Below, in pieces: positions 14,198 through 22,655 of a DNA stretch of 64,000 nt (the stretch's first letter is position 1; every line of letters begins with the position of its first letter). The translations under genes were made by a program, and so were the position numbers. Below the pieces are notes generated by a model that was given only the letters and a program-made list of their open reading frames with translations, did not search any database and was not told where the DNA came from. This stretch comes from a virus, in the IMG/VR virus record IMGVR_UViG_3300021226_000189. One strand, written 5' to 3'.

Positions 14198-15132
14198 TCT
14201 TTATGCCACTTTTCCATTTTGGAATAATATTATTTAAGTTCGTGTAACAATGGATCTTTAGATGTGATGCGATGTTTTTTCCCTTCATCGTCCAAATAAA
14301 TTACAGGATCTACCACAAAGATATTCCCATTCTCATCCATTAAGACATTTTCATCGTGCATATCTTCTACACGAATTCCTTTTTCTCGATTGATGTAATC
14401 GTGATCTGTTCCTTGAATTTTCGAATAACCTAATTTATTCATCAGTCGCTCAACATCTACGGGAGATGCTCCTTTGGTGGCTCTAACATGAGGTTGTGAA
14501 ATAACTGGTTGTAATTCCCCGTCATTGATTACAAACCCCTCTAAAGCATATGGAGCTTCAGGAAAAGATGCGTTGTGTAGCGCAAGTCTATAGAAGAATT
14601 CTAAATATGTGGTGTGATATGACAAATTGTTCCTCTTAAACCATCTTTGGGACTCCTCATCGAAATAAACGTTGTTTTCCGCTTCTCCCTTTTTACCTTG
14701 TTCATACCATTTACGGTCGAATTCGTCATTGTCCATAATCAGACCAACTTGTTCAGCCCAACGGGTCAACCATTTCTCTTCTACTGGTTTAACCCGCTTT
14801 GCCATTAGATTCCTACCAATGACTTTTTTCTTGTATTCTTTTTCCGTTGTGAACTCTGGGATCGAATCATCTCGTATTGATTCATGGCTTCTGTAAGCGA
14901 CAGTGGTGGCAGCTTTGAGTTTTTTTCCACCTCTTCCAGTATAGCCTTGTTCCGCTCCAGATGGGATTCTGTCAGGAGTGTATCGTGTTTGTTTTTCATA
15001 AATTATTTTGATAAAATTTTCAAAATTGATTAAATTTTTCTGTGGGATGGTTCTCATCATATTTATTTATCCATTCTTCCGCATCTATACGATGTTAATC
15101 TTTATGCCACTTTTCCATTTTGGAATAATATT
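14194..15132. repeat. 38-bp perfect direct repeat flanking the kinase gene
   Basis: TTAATCTTTATGCCACTTTTCCATTTTGGAATAATATT at 14194-14231 and 15095-15132. Confidence 0.95.
14230..15060 (-). CDS. Ser/Thr kinase-like protein (Kinase-PolyVal-like)
   Basis: GEAENNVY, WFKRN, LHNASFPE, PVISQP, DMHDENVL, VVDPVI. Confidence 0.75.
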   Translation of the reverse strand: MMRTIPQKNLINFENFIKIIYEKQTRYTPDRIPSGAEQGYTGRGGKKLKAATTVAYRSHESIRDDSIPEFTTEKEYKKKVIGRNLMAKRVKPVEEKWLTRWAEQVGLIMDNDEFDRKWYEQGKKGEAENNVYFDEESQRWFKRNNLSYHTTYLEFFYRLALHNASFPEAPYALEGFVINDGELQPVISQPHVRATKGASPVDVERLMNKLGYSKIQGTDHDYINREKGIRVEDMHDENVLMDENGNIFVVDPVIYLDDEGKKHRITSKDPLLHELK

Positions 15133-15319
15133 GTGGATCTTCTTCAACATGTTGTTTAGCAATCGTTTTCGATAATTTCTTACCTAAAGTAGTCCTTCTT
15201 TTAGAAGGATTGACATGTTCTTGTTCTACTTTCTCACCTTTGGAAACTTCTGTTTTTGGAAGATTTTTCTTCTTAACTTTCTTGAAGTATTCATCAAAGA
15301 AATCTTGGAACTTTTTCAT
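15095..15319 (-). CDS. DUF5661-like small protein
   Basis: GEKVEQEH...IAKQHVEEDPQYYSKM. Confidence 0.6.
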   Translation of the reverse strand: MKKFQDFFDEYFKKVKKKNLPKTEVSKGEKVEQEHVNPSKRRTTLGKKLSKTIAKQHVEEDPQYYSKMEKWHKD

Positions 15320-15990
15320 TTTAAATTATCGACGATTTTTTGAATTTCTTTCAATAAGATATGTTGACTTCTCTTACCATTTATGGTTTTGGGTTCTTCG
15401 ACTTCTTCGAAGGCGAATTCACGCCCTTTAACTTTTGTTAAGAATGGTCCAGAATGTTGTCCGAATATACCTTTACCAACTACTTGTTTGACACCTAAAC
15501 CAGGGTAAGCACCTTCGCTACCTGAAGTACCCCATAAATAAGCACCTTCTCCACCTGCTGGTATGATTAACACTGAGTCTTGATTAAACGCTTTACCCAA
15601 TTTATATAAATCTTTAGCTAATTGACCACCATCATCACCCACAATTTTATCATTAACAACGAAGAAAGAACGTTCATTAACGTCTTTCGGGGTTTTATTA
15701 TAATATTCACCGCCAGCTCTTCTAGCTAAAATTTCTTCTTTTTTATCATCATCTTCAAAATTTTCAATAAATGTTCCCAACACGGAAGTTATCGAATAAC
15801 CTTTTGATTGTAGATATGCAAGTATTTTCTTATTATTCAATAGATTTTGTTTGTAAGGGATATCACCTCTAAAAGCCGTGATAATACCACCTGAGTGATT
15901 TTTTATTTTATTCAAAACCCTACTCAGACTACTTTCATTCAATAAATCTGAATAAATTTCCCCGATCTGATTTATATCTGTACTTTTCAT
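15316..15990 (-). CDS. Conserved large-phage hypothetical protein
   Basis: ESSLSRV...ITAFR...LGKAFNQDSVL; ATG at 15990. Confidence 0.8.
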   Translation of the reverse strand: MKSTDINQIGEIYSDLLNESSLSRVLNKIKNHSGGIITAFRGDIPYKQNLLNNKKILAYLQSKGYSITSVLGTFIENFEDDDKKEEILARRAGGEYYNKTPKDVNERSFFVVNDKIVGDDGGQLAKDLYKLGKAFNQDSVLIIPAGGEGAYLWGTSGSEGAYPGLGVKQVVGKGIFGQHSGPFLTKVKGREFAFEEVEEPKTINGKRSQHILLKEIQKIVDNLK

Positions 15991-16277
15991 TGCCAATTTT
16001 CCTCCATTTTTTTCAAATTATTTATCAACATTTCTAGGTTTCTAGAATGGAAATTACAATCGATTTTTGTAATCGCGACATGCTGATTTTTATCAGCATC
16101 AAAGCATAACGAATAATTAAATTTAGAAACGCCTTCCATATGTTCAACCATCAATATAAATGTTTCAAACATACCAGAAGGTGCCACATCAAATTTATCA
16201 TCTGTTTTTACAAACTCCACACCATCAAGCTTTGATGGGCAATTTTTTTCATATTTTTTTGGATAAATTACTATCAT
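15987..16277 (-). CDS. Hypothetical protein (96 aa)
   Basis: ORF, overlapping neighbours by 4 nt. Confidence 0.7.
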   Translation of the reverse strand: MIVIYPKKYEKNCPSKLDGVEFVKTDDKFDVAPSGMFETFILMVEHMEGVSKFNYSLCFDADKNQHVAITKIDCNFHSRNLEMLINNLKKMEENWQ

Positions 16278-16864
16278 CTTGCCAATTTCATGTAAACAAC
16301 CACTGTCTCGGCATTCCTGTCAATATTACCATTTTCATCAACATAATAAGAAATACCGTTAAACACTGGATAAGGCATTGTATCATCATTTTTATCAGTG
16401 TCAATAACAAAACCATTTCTACTATAAAGTTTAAATAATCCAACATTTTTAATACCACCTTCACCATCTTGTTTTGCAAAACAGTCTAAACGTCTAACAC
16501 CGTTCTTGATAGCACTTTGGACGATGGCATCGCCTGATGATTTCATATAAGAAAAAACAGAAACCAATTCGTCACCATCTTTGATACAATATCCACTGGT
16601 GTTGTTTGGACCAATGAAACATTTCATTTTAGCATATTCCTCTGGTTTATAAAGAGTGATGTTATCTCTAATACCTTTTGGAGCAGAGTTACTATCATCT
16701 GATCTCATATAACCATTGATAATTTTGTAAAAATTTCTCCAATCAACAGGTTTGAATTTTTCAGAGTCATCAGAGTTCAATTTGTAACCCTTTTTCAGTA
16801 TTTCAGGGGATATTTTTCCAATATCCGAAAATGCTTCCCAAAAGAATTGATAAAATGTTTTCAT
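16274..16864 (-). CDS. Putative GNAT-fold protein
   Basis: LVSVFS..SGDAIVQSAIKNGVRRLDCF...LFKLYSRNGF; start set by TAAATA-N5-ATG. Confidence 0.5.
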   Translation of the reverse strand: MKTFYQFFWEAFSDIGKISPEILKKGYKLNSDDSEKFKPVDWRNFYKIINGYMRSDDSNSAPKGIRDNITLYKPEEYAKMKCFIGPNNTSGYCIKDGDELVSVFSYMKSSGDAIVQSAIKNGVRRLDCFAKQDGEGGIKNVGLFKLYSRNGFVIDTDKNDDTMPYPVFNGISYYVDENGNIDRNAETVVVYMKLAR

Positions 16865-16872
16865 TATATTAT

Positions 16873-17118
16873 TTAACAATATTTATCATTAGGATGATCG
16901 ATATCGAATTTTTTCAACAATTCTCTAGCATATTCAGCATCTATACGATGATGTATTACTTCTTGTTCCAATAGTCCAATATAAATAAAACGTTTATACG
17001 ACATTTTACTCGAATAATGTCTCTCATAAATGTTCCTACGACATCGTTCTTGAAATTTAGCTCTCTCTAATGCTTCCAACCAATCTTTTGATAATTCAGG
17101 TAAATTATAATCTTTCAT
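16873..17118 (-). CDS. Hypothetical protein
   Basis: In-frame ATG downstream of mazG stop. Confidence 0.6.
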   Translation of the reverse strand: MKDYNLPELSKDWLEALERAKFQERCRRNIYERHYSSKMSYKRFIYIGLLEQEVIHHRIDAEYARELLKKFDIDHPNDKYC

Positions 17119-17128
17119 ATTTTCTACA

Positions 17129-17455
17129 TTATCGATTATCACCTGAACCAGAAATAACACCACGCTCTTGCCTTGATCTTAATTTTTGTAAATTAATTTC
17201 AGCGATTTGTTCTAAGGTATATCCAATATCTCTCGCCAATGTAGCACAATACCAAAGAACATCAGAAATCTCTTTCGCGATTTCTAATTTTTGTTCATCA
17301 GTAAACACACCTGCATTATCACGCAGAACTTTCTTAACTTTTTCAGCGACCTCTCCAGCCTCTCCAGTTAGTCCTAGAGTTGGATAGATGATTTTCTGTC
17401 CTTCACCGTAGACCGCAGTTTTGATTGCTTCTTCTTGGTATTCGTTTATTTCCAT
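17129..17455 (-). CDS. mazG: MazG-like nucleotide pyrophosphohydrolase
   Basis: LGLTGEAGEVAEKVKK...EISDVLWY. Confidence 0.9.
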   Translation of the reverse strand: MEINEYQEEAIKTAVYGEGQKIIYPTLGLTGEAGEVAEKVKKVLRDNAGVFTDEQKLEIAKEISDVLWYCATLARDIGYTLEQIAEINLQKLRSRQERGVISGSGDNR

Positions 17456-17745
17456 GGGTCAATATTACCATTATTCAAATATTTGTCAATCACCATGGTC
17501 AAGTAATCAGCAAACCAACAAATGGATGAAGAATAGAACCCCCAAAGAGGGATTAAGAATGGTGTGCCTGACCAGAACATTCCGAAGAAACATCCGACCC
17601 AAAATCCAAGACACATACAACATTTAAATAATTTTTCAAATAATTTCATTTTAGTCAAACGATCTCGAATAGGATTCAAGATTGATCCGTATTTCAGGAT
17701 CAAACACGCACCGATTAATACAAAAGATTGGAACCAAAGACTCAT
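17446..17745 (-). CDS. DUF1360-like membrane protein
   Basis: Hydrophobic; CCMCLGFWVG. Confidence 0.6.
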   Translation of the reverse strand: MSLWFQSFVLIGACLILKYGSILNPIRDRLTKMKLFEKLFKCCMCLGFWVGCFFGMFWSGTPFLIPLWGFYSSSICWFADYLTMVIDKYLNNGNIDPWK

Positions 17746-17939
17746 CCAAGAATAAGCTTCTGATTATCAATAGTTTTCACACCATCGGAAATTAGAAGAG
17801 CTTCTTCTTTTTTAACAACGATCTTATTACCATCGTCATCTGTAATTTCCACCATACCATCTGCAAGTTCTTTAACTACAGGGCATCCGCGACCTTTACA
17901 ACATAATTTAACGCTATTGTTTGATAATACTTTAATCAT
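17742..17939 (-). CDS. Hypothetical protein (65 aa)
   Basis: LCCKGRGCPVV motif. Confidence 0.7.
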   Translation of the reverse strand: MIKVLSNNSVKLCCKGRGCPVVKELADGMVEITDDDGNKIVVKKEEALLISDGVKTIDNQKLILG

Positions 17940-17949
17940 ACTAAATTAT

Positions 17950-18333
17950 TTAACTGAAGATCTGAGAAAGCAATGATTTTTTCTCTTTCAAATTATAAAT
18001 AAAAACTCTCAATCTTTTATTTTTAGAATAATCGATCATATGCTTAGTGCCTTTCGATTCACCATCCCACACAGCAATTAAAGCATCGGCATAATCACCC
18101 ATCTGCTCATTTCTACGATGACCAGCAGATTTACCAAATTTTTTCCAATCGGCGGGAAATTCTTTGATTGAAATATTATTTTCGATTGCCCATTGTTCTC
18201 CAAGTGTATCAACACCACGAGCTTTACCTGCAACGACTTCTGTGATTTCAGAAGACCACGGACACTCTCGTATTGCTGTAAGAACATCTTGATATTCGAT
18301 ATTATTACGGCTTCCCGCTATTATGGTTTTCAT
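17950..18333 (-). CDS. SLOG family (YspA/DUF2493-like) protein
   Basis: IIAGSR, GKARGVDTLGEQWA, AGHRRNEQM, WDGESKGTKHMI. Confidence 0.9.
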   Translation of the reverse strand: MKTIIAGSRNNIEYQDVLTAIRECPWSSEITEVVAGKARGVDTLGEQWAIENNISIKEFPADWKKFGKSAGHRRNEQMGDYADALIAVWDGESKGTKHMIDYSKNKRLRVFIYNLKEKKSLLSQIFS

Positions 18334-18336
18334 ATT

Positions 18337-19416
18337 TTAATGTAAATTATAATAAGGTTCGATATATTCCAATTCAAAATCAAAAACATTATTTCTATCA
18401 AAAATATTTTTAAAAAGATAGAGAGCATATCCACCATGTCCACTACCGCAATATTTTTTAGCTATGGCGTTTGGTATGTTTGGTAATTCATCCATACCTT
18501 CCTCTAATTGTGTTTCGTATGTTAAATTGATAGCTTTCGCTAATAAAGAAATATCACTGGAATATACAGCTTCTTTGGCAATCACACTGGCTTGTGCTAT
18601 CTTATCGTAATTTCTTTGTATATCTACTAAATTTTTAGTATCGTGATATTTACCAGTCCAATATAAACCCATTTTCCCATTTAAGAAATCTCCAGATTTT
18701 TTGATTTCTAATCTTGGTGTGTCACCAGAATTCCAAACGCAAACACCAGTTTCTTTTATAATAGCAGGATCTTGCCATCCTGCACCCATTTTTAACTCTT
18801 TTTCGAAGCTATCTTCCCCATTAAGAATTGCCCAAGCAGCGGAACCGCCCAAACCAGAACGTATGGGATAACGCCATTTTCTCAAAGAGACGAATGGGCG
18901 AATTGCGCAATTCACGATAAAAGAATCATTTTTAGAATTTTTCGGAACATCTAACCATCCACCAGCAAAATCAACTCTTAAAGGTAATTTCGAAGGTGCT
19001 TTAATTCTATTAATAATTGTAGTGGTGGAAACAGGATCAAATTTTGGCGGTGTCTTTGGTAATACTACATAAGATACTCCTGTCTCTTCACACAATTTTT
19101 TCTTAGATTCGGAATATAAATCATCTTCCGTGACTGCTAAAATGTCTGGTTTTGTTCTTAAAAAGTGTTGTTTGAAATCCAATCCCAAAACATAATGTTC
19201 ACCTTTAACCACTTCATCAACACATTTTAAATTTTTCAAAATTTCTTCTTTATGATCATCTGGTAAAGAAGATTTTCTGTCTTTATGATTCTCCAATACC
19301 TTACTAGATGCAAAGCACACGATCAAATAGTCACCAAGAGCTTTAGCATCTTGAAAAAATTTAATATGTCCAGCATGGATAATATCGTAACAACCACTGA
19401 CAAATACTTTTTTCAT
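18337..19416 (-). CDS. Cytidylyltransferase fused to GHMP-kinase-like domain
   Basis: GCYDIIHAGH (HxGH); PLRVDFAGGWLD, SGLGGS, GAGWQD, KYCGSGHGGY. Confidence 0.85.
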   Translation of the reverse strand: MKKVFVSGCYDIIHAGHIKFFQDAKALGDYLIVCFASSKVLENHKDRKSSLPDDHKEEILKNLKCVDEVVKGEHYVLGLDFKQHFLRTKPDILAVTEDDLYSESKKKLCEETGVSYVVLPKTPPKFDPVSTTTIINRIKAPSKLPLRVDFAGGWLDVPKNSKNDSFIVNCAIRPFVSLRKWRYPIRSGLGGSAAWAILNGEDSFEKELKMGAGWQDPAIIKETGVCVWNSGDTPRLEIKKSGDFLNGKMGLYWTGKYHDTKNLVDIQRNYDKIAQASVIAKEAVYSSDISLLAKAINLTYETQLEEGMDELPNIPNAIAKKYCGSGHGGYALYLFKNIFDRNNVFDFELEYIEPYYNLH

Positions 19417-19417
19417 A

Positions 19418-20104
19418 TTAATAACCCCAAGCTTTTAGCGTGTGTTCGAAAGGATTTCCATCAATATTTCTCACAAGCTGTAGCATTTCATCAGCGATTT
19501 CACGAATTTCTTTTTGCGCGTGTTCGCTGCGGCGAAGCTTGAGAAAGTTTGCAAAAGATCGCATATTGAACATAACATCTCCCTCAATTTGACTATTGTA
19601 AGTCTTAAAGAAGCGAGCGGATTCTTTTGCACGTTTACGTCCAAGAACAGGCTCAAGGTCTTTAAGACAAGCATGGTAAAGCTTATTACCTAATTCAGTA
19701 TATCCCTCAAGAATTTGTCGCCATGTTTCATAGCCACCGATAAATTCTTCCACATCATTAGATTGAGGACGAGAAGCGTTGATCCCGATCCAATCTTCAG
19801 GAAGATAAAACTTATCTTCTTTCAACTCCTTGTATCGAGCAGACTCAGCATTAACAGAAGCAATTCTATGCTTGATCACATGGATATGACTAGCGATTTC
19901 AGTATCGACTAGGAAGTGGACTGTTCCCTTTTCGAAAGGTGTCTCATGACCATTACTCCATAGCATGTCAATCAATTTTGGAATGCGAGATTTCTTATCT
20001 TCTGTTAAATCGCGACTTGTGGATGTCCATGCACTACAAGCGATAATTTCGTCGCTCCCGTAATATCCTAATAGGGTTACTTTGTTTTTGTTACTCATAT
20101 TCAA
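19418..20104 (-). CDS. thyX: FAD-dependent thymidylate synthase ThyX
   Basis: GHETPFE, KHRIASVNAESARY, NMRSFANFLKLR, HAQKEIR; alternative ATG at 20098. Confidence 0.95.
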   Translation of the reverse strand: MNMSNKNKVTLLGYYGSDEIIACSAWTSTSRDLTEDKKSRIPKLIDMLWSNGHETPFEKGTVHFLVDTEIASHIHVIKHRIASVNAESARYKELKEDKFYLPEDWIGINASRPQSNDVEEFIGGYETWRQILEGYTELGNKLYHACLKDLEPVLGRKRAKESARFFKTYNSQIEGDVMFNMRSFANFLKLRRSEHAQKEIREIADEMLQLVRNIDGNPFEHTLKAWGY

Positions 20105-20161
20105 ATTTCCTTCAACTTATCAGCGTTTTTTCATTTGTCAAGTTTTTGGTTAAATAATAAT

Positions 20162-20566
20162 GTGAGTGCGATAAATAAAAAAGTTTTTCCTGATAAAGTT
20201 CGTTTGGAAGATTTAGGGATGGTGAATGGAACGAGAAAATTTCGTCTTTTGAAAAATTTCCGTTGTTACTATAAAGGTAAATTAATAACAGTCCCCAAAG
20301 GATTTATCACAGACGGTGTTTCCGCTCCGAAATTTGCGTGGCCTATCGTTGGACCATTTGGTTCAGCGTTCACCGCTGCTTTGGTTCATGATTGGTGTTT
20401 CTCACCATTTAATGATGAATATACATGGAGAGAATCTAACTGGATGTTTTTAGAATTGATGAAAGAATCTGGCGTTGGTTTCGCGAGTAGATGGGCTATT
20501 TATAGTGCAGTTGTCGCGGGGTCATATCCAATCTGGAGAAAAAGATTCGAAAACTACGGTGTATAA
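20162..20566 (+). CDS. DUF1353 family protein
   Basis: VPKGFITDGVSAP, AALVHDW; GTG start set by TAAATA-N5. Confidence 0.85.
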   Translation: MSAINKKVFPDKVRLEDLGMVNGTRKFRLLKNFRCYYKGKLITVPKGFITDGVSAPKFAWPIVGPFGSAFTAALVHDWCFSPFNDEYTWRESNWMFLELMKESGVGFASRWAIYSAVVAGSYPIWRKRFENYGV

Positions 20567-20571
20567 ATAAT

Positions 20572-21306
20572 ATGAATTTCGAAGGTAAGCGTGATATTGT
20601 TAAGAGTGTCCAACAACACTTAAATTTGGTTGTTGATGGTTTCGCTGGTATTAAAACATGGAGCACGATAGAAACTCACCTAACTGGTAAGACGAATGTT
20701 AAAGGTGGCGTAAATGAAAAAATTAGAAATGTTCAGAAATTTTTACGTTTAAAACCTGATGCAGTGGACGGTCCAGTTACTTGGAACGGTATTGTAAATG
20801 CTTTGCATATTGTAAAAGCGAAACCGAATACTGATAATAATTGGCCTAAACAAAATTATTCAGAATTGGTAGAATTCTACGGTAAAGTTGGGACCAATCA
20901 AACAACCTTAGAATTACCTTATGAAATGAGATTAGCATGGGATTTGAAATCTAAAGTTACAAAAATAACATGCCACGAGAAAGTCAAAGATTCATTAGAG
21001 AGAATTTTTAAAAAAACTTTAGAACATTACGGTATTGAAAAGATTCGAGAACTGCGTTTGGATTTATTCGGCGGTTGTCTTAATGTTCGCAAAATGCGTG
21101 GTGGTAATTCTTATTCTATGCATTCGTGGGGAATTGCAGTAGATATAGATCCTGACAGGAACCAACTCAAATGGGGTAGAAACAGAGCAACTCTGGCAAG
21201 ACCAGAGTATGATGCTTTCTGGAAAATAGTGGAGAATGAAGGCGGTGTTTCTTTGGGAAGAGAAAGAAACATGGATTGGATGCATTTCCAATTTGCACAT
21301 TTTTAA
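20572..21306 (+). CDS. Endolysin: PG-binding repeats plus M15 peptidase
   Basis: VDGFAGIKTW/VDGPVTW; SMHSWGIAVDID, DWMHFQ. Confidence 0.9.
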   Translation: MNFEGKRDIVKSVQQHLNLVVDGFAGIKTWSTIETHLTGKTNVKGGVNEKIRNVQKFLRLKPDAVDGPVTWNGIVNALHIVKAKPNTDNNWPKQNYSELVEFYGKVGTNQTTLELPYEMRLAWDLKSKVTKITCHEKVKDSLERIFKKTLEHYGIEKIRELRLDLFGGCLNVRKMRGGNSYSMHSWGIAVDIDPDRNQLKWGRNRATLARPEYDAFWKIVENEGGVSLGRERNMDWMHFQFAHF

Positions 21307-21372
21307 AAAACACCCGCCAAAGTGCGCTTACAAGTAGAGGCGTGGCGGGTCTGTTAAAATTATTATTAATTT

Positions 21373-21534
21373 TTATTTGTCATTGAGAACTGCTGGTGCT
21401 TTCGATTTATAACCAAAAAATATTGAACCGTCAGCATTTCTACCAAATGAACTATTACGAATTTCTATTTTAAAAGGAATTCCGCAAGAATTTAAAATAA
21501 ATATTGTGATTATCGAAATTAATATTTTTTTCAT
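21373..21534 (-). CDS. Small lipoprotein (53 aa), not in ORF track
   Basis: MKKILISIITIFILNSC: basic N-terminus, hydrophobic core, lipobox Cys17. Confidence 0.65.
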   Translation of the reverse strand: MKKILISIITIFILNSCGIPFKIEIRNSSFGRNADGSIFFGYKSKAPAVLNDK

Positions 21535-21542
21535 AATATTAA

Positions 21543-21854
21543 TTATTTGTTTAATTTTTCTTTTAATTTGCTGAAAGCTAATCTTACAGCATTATTAATC
21601 TGATCGGAATCTCCCATACATTCATCTTCAACTTCTTGAACAATTTTCAAAATTCCTGTTGGTTCTTCTTCCTGTTCTCCGTAAACATTAGACGTAACCA
21701 TTGGCGGTGCAACACCTATGGTTTGTTTATTGTAAGATAACTTCGTCCCTGCTTCTTGGGGGACTTCTTGTTTAGCGACTCTTTGTGGAGGATTGAACCC
21801 ACTTTGGTATTCTAGAATCAAATCAGCGTAAATGTTTTGTAAATTTTTATCCAC
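21543..21854 (-). CDS. Late hypothetical protein
   Basis: GTG start set by TAAATA-N5. Confidence 0.65.
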   Translation of the reverse strand: MDKNLQNIYADLILEYQSGFNPPQRVAKQEVPQEAGTKLSYNKQTIGVAPPMVTSNVYGEQEEEPTGILKIVQEVEDECMGDSDQINNAVRLAFSKLKEKLNK

Positions 21855-21902
21855 GATATTATTTAATTTGATAAGAAGATTTTCCATGTTAAATAATAAT
21901 AT

Positions 21903-22550
21903 ATGAAAAAATGGCGTTATCGGAGTGAAGATGAAAAAATGGATGATGATGCTTTACTAAAAAGTTTGGTCATTAAATCTTTGGATAATAGTGATACAGA
22001 TGGTGATACTGTTATTCAAGGTATTAGAATAATTAATAATAAAGTTTTATTTTATGCTGATGTTGATGAGGGTAGTATTTTAGAATTGAATAGAGTCCTT
22101 CTTCAATTAGATGCAAAATTACAGACTATTAAATGTCTGGATGAAAATTACGATCCGATAATTCATTTGCATGTTAATACATACGGTGGTAGCATCTTCG
22201 CTGCTTTTGCAGCAATTGACACGATTCGTCGTTTGAAATCTAAAATTTACACCTACGTCGATGGTAGCGTAGCGTCTGCTGGAACATTACTAATCGCAGT
22301 TGGACATAGAAGATTTATCGGTCAATATTCCCACCTATTAATCCATCAATTAAGTTCTGGTGTGTATGGTAAATTTGCAGAAATTGAAGATGAATTTTTC
22401 AATTGTAGTAATTTGATGAAAATCTCAAAAGATTTTTATAAAAAATACACCAAAATGCCCATGAAAAAATTGGAAGAAATATTAAAAAGGGATATTTGGT
22501 TAAATGCTCAAGAATGTCTTGAGTATGGAATCGTTGATGAGATTCTCTAA
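21903..22550 (+). CDS. clpP: ClpP-like protease
   Basis: INTYGGS-like VNTYGGS, VASAGT, LIHQ, RDIWLNAQECLEYGIVDEI. Confidence 0.9.
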   Translation: MKKWRYRSEDEKMDDDALLKSLVIKSLDNSDTDGDTVIQGIRIINNKVLFYADVDEGSILELNRVLLQLDAKLQTIKCLDENYDPIIHLHVNTYGGSIFAAFAAIDTIRRLKSKIYTYVDGSVASAGTLLIAVGHRRFIGQYSHLLIHQLSSGVYGKFAEIEDEFFNCSNLMKISKDFYKKYTKMPMKKLEEILKRDIWLNAQECLEYGIVDEIL

Positions 22551-22655
22551 AAAAAGTGGTTGACTTTTTTTTGTTACGTGGCACTATTTAGTGCGACGAA
22601 TGATAAAAAATTAAGAGAGGAATGAAGGGAGATAGAGAATAAATAATAGACGATT

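Noticed and set aside
15081-16950. 14-bp match GCATCTATACGATG at 15081 and 16937
   Set aside because: Several 14-mers are expected to recur by chance in 64 kb
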